64,000 bases of DNA, taken from NCBI RefSeq assembly GCF_902713615.1, contig NC_052154.1, forward strand, positions 65,269,652-65,333,651, in the 5' to 3' direction. Source of the stretch: Scyliorhinus canicula (lineage: Eukaryota). The notes under the pieces were generated by a model. The model searched no databases. It saw nothing but the letters and a program-made list of their open reading frames with translations, and was not told the origin of the DNA. Positions 52,301 through 63,849 of this stretch are shown here, one piece after another (positions within the stretch are counted from its first letter, which is position 1; every line of letters starts with the position of its first letter). Both the position numbers and the translations under genes were made by a program.

Positions 52301-52494
52301 AATGCCAATAAACATGTTGGGGAATGTAAAATATGTACGCCGGCAAAGAGGGGGAAGCCACAGTTATTACTACGAAGATGCTCACCTGTAAATATATATG
52401 TTAATTTTTGCGTGTTTTTTTTTTCTCTCTCTAACAATTTGTAATTTGTTCAATATAAAACATGAAAACTGAATAAAAAACATTTATTAAAAAA
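49339..52494 (+). mobile_element. Young 5'-truncated L1 (A/C-rich subfamily) with RT; a few frameshifts
   Basis: YRPISLLN, LDAEKAFD, GTRQGCPLSP, YADD. 18-bp TSD aatagagagggcagagag at 49321 and 52495. Confidence 0.96.
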
Positions 52495-55400
52495 AATAGA
52501 GAGGGCAGAGAGAGGAGCGCGGAGGTCAATAAAGAGGGCAGAGTAGCGGGCGGCACGTCAATAAAAAGGGCAGAGAGAGGAGCGGGGGATCAATAGAGAG
52601 GGCAGAGAGAGAGGAGCGGGACGTCAATAAAGAGGTCAGAGAGAGCGCAGGGCGTCAATAAAGAGGGCAGAGAGAGGGGCGAGGTGTCAATAAAGAGGTC
52701 CGAAAGAGCGCAGGGCATCAATAAAGAGGGCAGAGAGAGGGGCAGGATGTCAATCAAGAGAGCAGAGAGCTGGGCCGGAAGTCAATAAAGAGGGCAGGGG
52801 TCGGGACCTCAATAGAAAAGGCGGAGAGAAGGGCGGGATGTCAATAAAGAGGGCCAGAGAGAGCACAGGGCATCAATAAAGAGGGCAGAGAGAGGGGCAG
52901 GATGTCAATCAAGAGAGCAGAGAGCTGGGCCGGAAGTCAATAAAGAGGGCAGGGGTCGGGACCTCAATAGAGAAGGCAGAGAGAAGGGCGGGATGTCAAT
53001 AAAGAGGGCCAGAGAGAGCACAGGGCATCAATAAAGAGGGCAGAGAGAGGAGCAGGACGTCAATAAAGAGGTCAGAGAGTGCGCAGGGCATCAATAAAGA
53101 GGACAGAGGGGGCGAGACGTCAATAAAGAGGGCAGAGAGAAGGGCGGGATGTCAATAAAGAGGGCAAAGAGAGGAGCGGGATGTCAATAAAGAGGGCAGA
53201 GAGGGGCAAGGTGTCAATAAAGAGGGCAGAAAGATGGGCATGACGTCAATAAAGAGGGCAGAGAGATGGGCAGGATGTCAATAAAGAGGGCAGACAGAGC
53301 GGCGAGGTGTCAATAAAAAGGGCAGAGAGGGGGTGGGACGTTAATAAAGAGGGCAGAGAGAGGAGGAACGTCAATAAAGAGGGCAGAGAGTGGGGCTGGA
53401 CTGCAATAAAGAGGGCAAGAGAGGGGAAAGGTGTCAACAAAGAGGGCGGAGAGAGGGTCGGGACATCAATAAAGAGGGCAGAGAGAGGGGCATGACGTCA
53501 ATAAAGAGGGCAGAGAGGGGGCAGGGCGTCAATAAAGAGGGCAGATAGAGGGCAGGGCGTCAATAAATAGGGCAGAGAGAGGGCAGGGCATCAATAAAGA
53601 GGGCAGGGAGAGGGACAGGACATCAATAAAGAGAGCAGGGAGAGGGCTGCGACATCACTGAAGAGGGCAGAGAGAGGAGCGGGATGTCAATAAAGAGGGC
53701 AGAGAGAGGGGCGAGGTGTCAAAAAAGAGGGCAGAGAGAGGGGCAGCACGTCAATAAAGAGGGCAGAGAGAGGGACAGGACATCAATAAAGAGAGCAGGG
53801 AGAGGGCTGCGACGTCAATAAAGAGGGCAGAAAGAGGGGCAGGAAGTCAATTATGAGGGCAGAGAGGGGCAGGATGTCAATAAAGAGGTCAGAGAGAGGG
53901 GCAGCACGTCAATAAAGAGGGCAGAGAGAGGGACGGGACATCAATAAAGAGGGCAGGGAGAGGAGCAGCACATCAATAAAGAGGGCAGAGAGAGGGACAG
54001 GACATCAATAAAGAGAGCAGGGAGAGGGCTGCGACGTCACTGAAGAGGGCAGAGAGGGAGGCGAGACGTCAATAAAGAGGGCAGAGAGAGGGGCGGGACG
54101 TCAATAAAGAGGGCAGAGAGAGGGGCAGGACATCAATCAAGAGGGCAGAGAGATGAACGGGATGTCAACAAAGAGGGCAGAGAGAGGAACAGGACATCAA
54201 TAAAGAGAGCAGGGAGAGGGCTGCGATGTCACTAAAGAGGGCAGAGAGAGCAGCAGGAGGTCAATAAAAAAAGGCAGAGAGAGGAGGTACATCAGTAAAG
54301 AAGGCAGAGAGGGGAGGAAAGGAAATAAAGAGGGAAGAGAGAGGAGCGGGACGAAAATAAAGGCTGCAGAGGGGGGCATGGTGAAAATAAAGAGGGCATT
54401 GGGAGGGGCGGGACATCAATAAAGAGAGCAGAGGGAAGGGCGGTTCGTCAATAAAGAGGGCAGAGAGAGGGGCGGGGCGTCAATAAAGAGGGCAGAGAGA
54501 GGAGCGGGACGTCAATAAAGAGAGCAGAGGGAAGGGCGGGACGTCAATAAAGAGGGCAGAGAGAGGGGCAGTACGGCAATAAAGAGGGCAGGGAGAGGGG
54601 TGGGACGTCAATAATGAGGGCAGAGAGGGCAGGATGTCAATAAAGAGAGCAGGGAGAGGGGTGGGACGTCAATAATGAGGGCAGAGGGGGCAGGGTGTCA
54701 ATAAAGAGAGCAGGGAGAGGGCTGCGACGCCACTAAAGAGTGCAGAGAGAGGGCAGAGTGTCAATAAAGAGGGCAGAGAGGGGTAGCACGTCAATAAAGA
54801 GGGCAGAGATGAGCGGGATGTCAATAAAGAGGGTTCAGAGGGGAGCGGGATGTCAATAAAGAGGGTTCAGAGAGGAGCGGGATGTCAATAAAGAGGGCAG
54901 AGAGAGGGCTGGGCATCAATAAAGAGGGCAGAGAGAGAGGCGAGGTGTCAATAAAAAGGGCAGAGGGGGCGGGACATTAATAAAGAGGGCAGAGAGGCGA
55001 GGTGTCAAAAAAGAGGGCGGAGAGATGGGCGGGACGGCAATAAAGAGGGCAGAGAGAGGGGCGAGGTGTCAAAAAAGAGGGCGGAGAGATGGGCAGGACA
55101 TCAATAAAGAGGGCAGAGAGAGGGACAGGACATCAATAAAGAGGGCAGAGAGAGGGGCAGGACGTCAATAGAGAGGGCAGAGAAAGGGTCAGTACGTCAA
55201 TAAAGAGGGCAGAGAGAGGAGGAACGCCAATAAAGAGGACAGAGAGAGGGGCAGGACGTCAATAGAGAGGGCAGAGAAAGGGTCAGTACGTCAATAAAGA
55301 GGGCAGAGAGAGGAGGAACGCCAATAAAGAGGACAGAGAGAGGAGCGGGACAGCAATTAAGAGGGCAGAGAAAGGGTCAGTACGTCAATAAAGAGGGCAG

Positions 55401-55951
55401 AGAGAGGGGTGGGACATCAATAATGAGGGCAGAGAGGGCAGGATGTCAATAAAGAGAGCAGGGAGAGGGCTGCGACGCCACTAAAGAGTGCAGAGAGAGG
55501 GCAGAGTGTCAATAAAGAGGGCAGAGAGGGGTAGCACGTCAATAAAGAGGGCAGAGAGAGGAGCGGGATGTCAATAAAGAGGGCAGAGAGGGCTGGGCAT
55601 CAATAAAGAGGGCAGAGAGAGGGGCGAGGTGTCAATAAAAAGGGCAGAGAGGGGGCGGGACGTTAATAAAGAGGGCAGAGAGGCGAGGTGTCAAAAAAAG
55701 AGGGCGGAGAGATGGGCGGGACGGCAATAAAGAGGGCAGAGAGAGGGGCGAGGTGTCAAAAAAGAGGGCGGAGAGATGGGCAGGACATCAATAAAGAGGG
55801 AAGAGAGAGGGGCAAGACGTCAATAAAGAGGGCAGGGAGGGGGGCAGGACGTCAATAAAGAGGGCAGAGAGAGGGGCGGGACCTCAATAAAGAGGGCAGA
55901 GAGAGGGGCAGGACATCAATAAAGAGGAGAGAAGGGCAGGACATCAATAAA

Positions 55952-56207
55952 GAGCACAGTAAGAAGTCTTACAACACCAGGTTAAAGTCCAACAGGTTTG
56001 ATTCAAACACGAGCTTTCGGAGTGCAGCTCCTTCCTCAGGTAAATGGCGAGGTATTTTCCAGGTTTCTGGAACATACCTCGCCATTCACCCGAGGAAGGA
56101 GCTGCGCTCCGAAACCTCGTGTTTGAATCAAACCTGTTGGACTTTAACCTGGTGTTGTAAGACTTCTTACTGTGCTCACCCCAGTCCAACGACACATCTC
56201 CACATCA
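55952..56207. mobile_element. Penelope-derived inverted-repeat element (arms ~110 bp plus a 30-bp tail)
   Basis: 55952-56177 is a near-perfect palindrome centred ~56064. Flanked by catcaataaagag, which is also the satellite unit. Hammerhead-like core in each arm. Confidence 0.8.
56005..56046 (-). ncRNA. Minimal type-I hammerhead-ribozyme-like motif of PLE type
   Basis: Minus strand reads tac-CTGAGGA-a-GGAG ctgca CTCC-GAA-AGCT-C-gtg: CUGANGA core, helix II, GAAA, palindromic helix III and a CUC triplet. Confidence 0.6.
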
Positions 56208-56227
56208 TCAATAAAGAGGGCAGAGAG

Positions 56228-59200
56228 GAGTGAGAGGGATAGACTGGTGGGAAAGATGCTGGAGGTGGACAGGAGGTATGCAGAGGCACCAGAGGAGGGA
56301 CTGTTGGAGTAGAGGCGCAGCCTGCAGGCTAAATTTGATTTGCTGACCACTAGAAAGGCTGAGGCACAGTGGAGGAAGGCACAAGGGGCAGTGTACGAAC
56401 ATGGTGAAAAGGCGAGTAGGATGCTGGCTCATCAGCTCCGTAAGCGGGATGCGGCTAAGGAGATTGCTGGAGTGAGAGACAAGAGTGGGAATGTGGTGCG
56501 GAAGGGGGTAGAGGTGAATGAGGTCTTCAAGGACTTTTACGGGGAACTGTACCAGTCGGAGCCAACGGGGGAGAGGAGGGGAATGGAGAGGTTCCTTGAC
56601 AGGCTTTCTTTCCCGAAGGTGCAGGAGGAGAAGGTGGAGGGGCTGGGTGCGCCGATTGAGCTGGAGGAGCTAGTTAAGGGGATCGGGCAGATGCAGTCAG
56701 GGAAGGCACCAGGGCCGGATGGGTTCCCGGTGGAATTTTATAAAAAGTTTGTGGACCTAGTGGGCCCCTTGCTGGTGCGGACACTCAACGAAGCGTGGGA
56801 AGGGGGGACTTTGCCCCCGACGATGTCACGGGCGCTGATCTCGTTAATTTTAAAGAAGGACAAGGACCCCCAGCAGTGTGGGTCATACAGGCCCATATCT
56901 CTCCTCAACGTGGATGCTAAGGTGCTGGCAAAAATCCTGGCCACCAGGATAGAGGACTGTGTGCCAGGGGTTGTGCATGAGGACCAGACAGGTTTTGTGA
57001 AGGGAAGGCAGCTGAACACGAATGTGCGGAGATTGCTGAATGTCATTATGATGCCGGCGATTGAGGGGGAGGCAGAGATAGTGGTGGCGCTGGATGCGGA
57101 GAAGGCCTTCGATAGAGTGGAGTGGGGGTACCTATGGGAGGTGTTGGGGAGGTTTGGATTTGGTGAAGGGTTCATTAGATGGGTAAGGCTGCTATATGAG
57201 GCCCCGATGGCGTGCGTGGCCACGAATAGGAGGAGGTCGGAGTACTTCCGGCTTTACCGAGGGACCAGGCAGGGTTGCCCCTTGTCCCCCTTGTTGTTTG
57301 CACTGGCAATCGAGCCGCTGGCGATGGCATTGAGAGAGGTGGAGAGGCTTGGTGCGAGGTGGAGAGGAACATAGGGTGTCGTTGTATGCCGACGACCTGT
57401 TACTGTATGTGGCAGACCCGGTGGGAGGGATGCCGGGAGTGATGGAGTTACTAGCCGAGTTTGGGACCTTCTCAGGTTATAAATTAAACTTAGGCAAGAG
57501 CGAGGTGTTTGTGGTGCACCCTGGAGACCAGGAGGAAGGAATTGGTAGGCTCCCGCTTAGGCGGGCAGGGGAGAGCCTTAGGTACCTGGGGGTGCAAGTG
57601 GCCAGGGACTGGGGGACTCTCCACAAGCATAACTTTACCAGACTGGTAGATCAGATGGAGGAGGAGTTCAGGAGGTGGGACATGCTGCCATTGTCGTTGG
57701 CGGGGAGGGTGCAGTCCGTCAAAATGACAGTGCTTCCGAGGTTCTTGTTCCTTTTTCAGTGCCTGCCCATATTTATCCCCAGGGCCTTCTTTAGGAGAGT
57801 GACCGGCAGTATTCTGAGCTTTGTGTGGGCACATGGGACTCCGAGAGTGAGGAGGGTATTCCTGGAGCGAGGAAGGGATAGAGGCGGGCTGGCGCTGCCC
57901 AACCTTCTGGGGTACTATTGGGCAGCCAATGTGTCAATGGTGCGTAAATGGGTGATGGAGGGGGGAGGGGCGGCGTGGAAAAGAATGGAGATGGCGTCAT
58001 GTAGAGGTACAAGCCTGGGTGCCATGGTAACGGCACCATTGCCGCTCTCCCCCAAGAGGGTTACCACGAGCCCGGTGGTGGCGGCGACCCTAAGAATCTG
58101 GGGACAGTGGAGACGGCATCGGGGGGTAACAGGGGGCTCGATGGAGGCTCCACTGGGTGGCAACCATCGGTTCATCCCGGGGAACACGGATGGGGGATTC
58201 AGGGGATGGCAAAGGGCGGGCATCAGCAAATTGAGGGACCTGTTTATTGGCGGGAGGTTTGCGGGCCTGGGGGAACTGGAAGATAAATTTGGCCTTCCCC
58301 AGGGGAACATGTTCAGATACCTGCAGGTAAAGGCGTTTGCTAGGCGACAGGTAGAGGGATTCCCTTTGCTGCCCTCGCAGGGGACGATGGACAGAGTGCT
58401 TTCGGGGGTGTGGGTAGGAGAGGGGAAGGTGTCTGACATCTATAAGGTAATGCAGGAGGTGGAGGAGTCGTCAGTGGAGGAGCTGAAGGCTAAATGGGAG
58501 GAGGAACTCGGGGAGCAGATAGAGGACGGGACTTGGGCGGAGGCCTTGGAGAGAGTCAACTCCTCCTCCTCATGTGCGAGGCTTAGTCTCATCCAATTTA
58601 AGGTGCTGCACCGGGCCCATATGTCCGGGACTAGGATGAGTAGGTTCTTCGGGGGTGAGGACAGGTGCACCAGATGTTCAGGGAGTCCTGCGAACCACGC
58701 CCATATGTTCTGGGCATGCCCAGCACTGGAAGAATTCTGGAAGGGGGTGGCGGGGACGGTGTCGAGGGTGGTTGGATCCAGGGTCAAACCAGGGTGGGGA
58801 CTCGCGATTTTTGGGTTTGGGGTGGAGCCGGGAGTGCAGGAGGCGAAAGAGGCCGGTGTCCTGGCCTTTGCGTCCCTAGTAGCCCGTCGAAGGATTCTGT
58901 TACAATGGAAGGATGCAAGGCCCCCAAGCGTGGAGACCTGGATCAGTGACATGGCGGGATTTATAAAATTGGAAAAGGTCAAATTTGCCCTGAGAGGATC
59001 AATACAAGGGTTCTATAAACGATGGCAGCCTTTTCTGGACTTCCTGGCTCAGAGATAGGTAACTGGGTCAATAGCAGCAGCAACCCGGGTTGGGGGGGGG
59101 GGGGGGGGGTGTGTGTGCATTATTGTAGTGTTTATTCTGTAACTTTATAGTGTGTTAATTTGCGTTGTTGTTAAAATGCTGGGTTGTTCATGGGGATGGG

Positions 59201-59305
59201 GCGAATGTATATGATTGTTAATATTATTGTTATTTTCGGTATTTTACTAAGGTGCGTTATTGTTGTATAAAATCAAAATTTCTCAATAAAAATTATTTTA
59301 AAAAA
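56228..59305 (+). mobile_element. Young 5'-truncated L1 (G-rich subfamily) with RT; one stop near the 5' end and one frameshift ~57335
   Basis: ORFs 56340..57374 and 57349..59058. 18-bp TSD aataaagagggcagagag at 56210 and 59306. Confidence 0.96.
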
Positions 59306-59545
59306 AATAAAGAGGGCAGAGAGAGGGGCGGGACGTCAATAAAGAGGGCAGAGAGATGGGCAGGACGTCAATAAAGAGGGCAGAGAGAGGAGCAGGATGT
59401 CTATAAAGAGGGCAGAGAGAGGGGCGGGATGTCAAAAAAAAGGGCAGAGAGATAGGCAGGACGTTAATAAGGAGGGCAGAGAGAGGGGCGAGGTGTCAAT
59501 AAAGAGGGCAGAGAGAGCAGTGGGATTCAACGAAGAGGGCAGAGA

Positions 59546-59770
59546 AGGCAGCACGGTAGTGCAGTGGGTTAGCGCTGTGGTGTCAAGGCGCTGAGGTCCC
59601 AGGTTCGAACCTGGCTCTGGGTCACTGTCCATGTGGAGTCTGCACATTCTCCCCGTGTTTGCGTAGGTTTCACCCACAACCCAAAAATGTGCAGGTTAGG
59701 TGGATTGGCCACTTTAAATTGCCCCTTAATTGGAAAAAATTAATTGGATACTCTAAATTTATATTAAAAA
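59546..59770 (+). mobile_element. HE1-like V-SINE inserted into the minisatellite
   Basis: Full copy flanked by aaga(g/a)ggcagaga. Confidence 0.9.
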
Positions 59771-59929
59771 AATAAAGAAGGCAGAGAGGGGTGGGACGTC
59801 AATAGAGGGCAGAGAGAGGGGTGGGACGTCAATAGAGGGCAGAGAGAGGGGTGGGACGTCAATAGAGGGCAGAGAGAGGGGCGGCATCTCAATAAAGAGG
59901 GCAGAGAGAGGTGGGACGTTAATAAAGCA

Positions 59930-61020
59930 GGCAGATATTGAATGGGCAAAAATGGAGGAGAGCTCCTGTACAAAAACCCTCCGAGCTCTCGCCATGGCGG
60001 CACGCCTATCCCCACCAACCAACCATTCAACAAGCCCAGTGGTGATAGCCACTCTCTGAACCTGGAATCAAATGAGACAACACTTCAGCTAAACCAAAAT
60101 GTCCACTACAGCCCCCATCTGCGACAACCACAGGTTTGCACCAGCCATGCTAGACGCCACCTTTAGTGGGTGGAGACAGGATTGGGGGCACTGACTGTTA
60201 GGGACTTCTAAATAGAGGACAAGCTCGCAAACTTAAAGGAACTGACAGAAAAACTACAACTACCCAACGGGAACGAACTGCGACACCTACAGGGAAAGAA
60301 CTTTCTTCGCAAGGAGAAAACAACATACCCACAGGCCTGAGGTACACAACGCTAGAGTACTAATGGATGCAGGCAACTGAGATGGGGGGGTGGGAAACAG
60401 CGGGGACCCGTACGGACAACTACTCGAAAGGGCATGCTCCCCACTGAACGAGACACGAGAAAAGTGGGAGGAAGAACTAGGGATAGAAATAGGGTGGAGA
60501 CTCGGAAGCAAAACACTGAACAGGTCCAACTCCACTTGCCAAGCTAAGCCTCATGCAGCACAGATCACACCTAAAAAGATTGCGAATGAGCAGGTTCTTC
60601 CCGGAGGTAGAGGACAATGTGAGCACTGCCAGGGAAGCCCGGCTAACCACACCCACATGTTCGGGCATGCCCCAGACTTGTCGGGTTCAGGAGAGCTTTC
60701 TTTGAAGCAATGCCCAAGATTGTGGGGGTGAGGGTGAAGCCATGCTCCAAAGTGGCAGTCTTCGAGGTATCAGACCAGCCAGAGCTACTTATGGGGAAGG
60801 GGACTGACCCCCTTGCCTTTGATTCCCTAATCGCCTGCTAAAGAATCCTGCTCGGCTAACGATCAGCAGCACCACCCAAAGCTGCAGACTGGCTGGCAGA
60901 TCTGTCGGAGTGTGTCCACCTGGAGAATATCAAATTTGCCATCCAAGGGTCAGATGAGGTCTTCCGCAAAACATGGAGTCCATTCACCAACTTGTTCCAG
61001 GACCTGTTTAAAGCCATCAG
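59930..61020 (+). mobile_element. Older degenerate L1 ORF2 C-terminal fragment
   Basis: KWEEELGIEIGW and PANHTHMF remnants; homologous to 38830-39960. Confidence 0.85.
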
Positions 61021-61227
61021 AGCGAGTTCTGCGGGGAGACCACACAGGAGCCAACAAGGCAGCAGGGAACAGGTCGAAGGGGGGGTGGGTTCAGAGTAGC
61101 AGGAAGAGACAACTGGAGGCCAAGTGCAAGGCCACAAAGTAAAATACCCCAAAGAAACACTTAAAATATGAATTGGGGGGGCAGAGCCAAACAACAGGAG
61201 GCAAGGGGAGGGGAAAGGGCTATATGA

Positions 61228-61405
61228 AATGAAAAATGAAAATCGCTTATTGTCACAAGTAGGCTTCAAATGAAGTTACTGCGAAAAGCCCCTAGTCGCC
61301 ACATTCCGGCGCCTGTTCGGGGAGGCTGGTATGGGAATTGAACCGTGCTGCTGGCCTGCCTTGGTCTGCTTTCAAAGCCAGCAATTTAGCCCTGTGCTAA
61401 ACCAG
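61228..61405 (-). mobile_element. Short tRNA-derived SINE with (catttt)n end
   Basis: Head ctggtttagcacagggcta...ggttcaattccc; tail shared with 30320-30425. Confidence 0.75.
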
Positions 61406-61683
61406 TAGATGACAATCACCTTTTGAAAAATGTGTATTCCAATAAAATATCTCTTTAGGAAAACAGAAAGGGGGCAAGGAGACCAATTCCAATATTGAGT
61501 TCTTGTGAATTATATCTGATGTACATCTCTTTGTTTAGTGTACAGTGTATAAAGTGAAAAACTTCAATAATAATCATCTTTATTATTGTCACAAGTAGGC
61601 TTACATTAACATTGCAATGAAGTTACTGTGAAAATCCCCTAGTCGTCACATGCCGAGAGCGCAGCCAAGGGGGAGAGCACAAG

Positions 61684-61890
61684 AGAGCGAGCGCAAGAGA
61701 GCGAGCGCAGGACAGCGAGCGCAGGGCAGCGAGCGCAGGACAGCGAGCGCAGGACAGCGAGCGCAGGACAGCGAGCGGGAGAGAGCGGGCGGGAGAGAGC
61801 GGGCGGGAGAGAGCGAGCGGGAGAGAGCGAGCGGGAGAGAGCGAGCGGGAGAGAGCGAGCGGGAGAGAGCGAGCGGGAAAGAGAGAGAGC
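61684..61890 (+). repeat. 14-bp tandem repeats (GAGCGCAGGACAGC)n then (GAGCGGGAGAGAGC)n
   Basis: Directly visible. Confidence 0.9.
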
Positions 61891-61899
61891 ATGAAAGAG

Positions 61900-62361
61900 A
61901 GCAAGTGCGAGAGAACAAGCGAGAATCTAGTGTTGAATAGATACAGAAGAGAAGGCTTTGGAAATCAACCAAGAGAGGTCATGAAAGTTGCCACCTCGGC
62001 AGGTTTGGGAAAGGCTTCTGAACAAATGTCACTAACAGAAAAATTGCTTCTTGAATGCAAGAATTGCCTTTGTTGGCCTGTGTAAGTGGCAAAAGAGCTG
62101 CATGTTCTGTTAAGAGTGCTGTTTAATTGGAACTAGTGTTAAGGTTAAGAAACTAAATGCAACCTGTTATTGTTCGGGTTGAAGTTTAATGTTATTTTCT
62201 TTCCTTTTAATAAAGTTTATTTATAAAATAACCACGCCCCACTTCTTATATTATAACTCCTGGTACGAATCGATCTTTCCACACTGTCTTAAAACTTTAA
62301 AATGTTATGGTTCTGGTGCTGTCTCATAGCCACTGCTGAGAGCTGACCAAGCATCCGTAAC
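61900..62361 (+). mobile_element. Possible LTR 3' portion
   Basis: AATAAA at ~62209 followed by U5-like sequence ending in gtaaca. Confidence 0.35.
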
Positions 62362-62499
62362 ACTCTCCCAGACCACAAGTGATCCAAGTGATGAAAAGTA
62401 GGTCAAGCGTTAAACAATAGCACAGAGATTTGAATCTAAAGTGAAATTTCATTGGATTTCAAAACCAATACCTTAATAGAATACAAAACCAGCATAGGA

Positions 62500-63842
62500 T
62501 ACTGAAGTGGCTCGGTCACAGAAGGCAAAAGGTAGCAGTAGAAGGGTGTTTTACTGAATGGAAGTTTGTGACCAGTGGTGTTCCACAGGGATCTGTGTTG
62601 GGACCTTTGTTGTTTGTAGTATACATAAATGATTTGGAGGAAGATGTAGCTGGTCTGATTAGTAAGTTCGCGGATGACACCGTGGTTGGTAGAGTGGCAA
62701 ATAGTGTTGAGGATTGTCAGAGGATACAGCAAGACATAAATAGGTTGAAGACTTGGCCAGAGAAATGGAAAATGGAGTTTAATCCAGAAAAATGTGCGGT
62801 AATGCATTTTGGTAGGTCTAACATAGAGGGTAAATATACCGTAAATGGCAAAACTCTTAGGAATATAGAAAATCAGAGAGATCTGGGCATGCAGGTCCAC
62901 AGATCTTTAAAAGTGGCTACAGAAGTAGACAAGGAAGTCAAGAAAGCATAAGGAATGCTTGCCTTCATTGGACGGGGCATCAAGTATAAAAACAGGCAAG
63001 TCATGCTACAGTTGTATAGAACCCTGGTACGGCCGAACTTGGGATATTGCGCACAATTCTGCTTGCCACACTACCAGAAGGATTTTCATAGAATTTACAG
63101 TGCAGAAGGAGGCCATTTGGCCCATCGTGTCTGCACCAGCTCTTGGAAAGAGCACCCTACCCAACCCCATACCTCCTCCCTATCCCCATAACCCAGTAAC
63201 CCCACCCAACACGAAAGGCAATTTTGGACACAAAGGGCAATTTAGCATGGCCAATCCACCTAACTGCACATCTGTGGACTGTGGGAGGAAACCAGAGCAC
63301 CCGGAGGAAACCCACGCACACATGGGGAGAACATGCAGACTCCGCGCAGACAGTGACCCAAGCCGGGAATTAAACCTGGGACCCTGGAGCTGTGAAGCAA
63401 TTGTGCTAACCACTGTGCTACCGTGCTGCCCGAATGTGGATGTGGAGGCTTTGGAGATGGTGTAGAGGAGATTTACCGGGATGTTGCCTGATCTGGAGGG
63501 TATTATCTATGCGAAGAGGCTGAATAGACTAACTATTTTCATTAGAACAACGGAGGTTGAGGGGTGACTTGATAGAGGTCTACAAGATTAGGAGGGGCAT
63601 GGATAGAGTGGATGGGCAGGCACTTTTTCCCAGGGTGGAGGGGTCAGTCACCAGGAGGCATAGGTTTAAGGTCCATAGGGCAAAGTTTAGAGGGGATGTG
63701 CGAGGCAGGTTTTTTACGCAGAGGGTGGCGAGTGCCTCGCACGCGTTGCCAATGGAGGTTGTGGAAGTAGATACATTAACGGCATTCAAAAGGCATCTTG
63801 ACAAATACATGGATAGGATGGGTATAGAGGGAATATGGCACA
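62500..63842 (+). mobile_element. CR1/HER1 LINE RT 3' part, interrupted by an HE1 SINE
   Basis: SGVPQGSVLGPLLF, FADDT, RGDLIEVYK, FFTQRV. Confidence 0.93.
63085..63431 (-). mobile_element. HE1-like V-SINE, long form
   Basis: Head, V-domain and CR1-type tail. Confidence 0.9.
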
Positions 63843-63849
63843 AGGAACT

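Larger units (their letters stand above)
48298..59930 (+). repeat. Intronic ~32-bp minisatellite, consensus TCAATAAAGAGGGCAGAGAGAGGGGCGGGACG, in blocks 48298-49338, 52495-55954, 56208-56227, 59306-59545 and 59770-59930
   Basis: Over 100 visible units with a conserved ~20-nt core and variable remainder; local higher-order repeats. Confidence 0.97.

Noticed and set aside
48298-59930. Conserved core plus variable part, resembling a CRISPR array
   Set aside because: The variable parts are only ~10-13 nt and are related to each other. There are no cas genes and the context is a vertebrate intron. It is a minisatellite.
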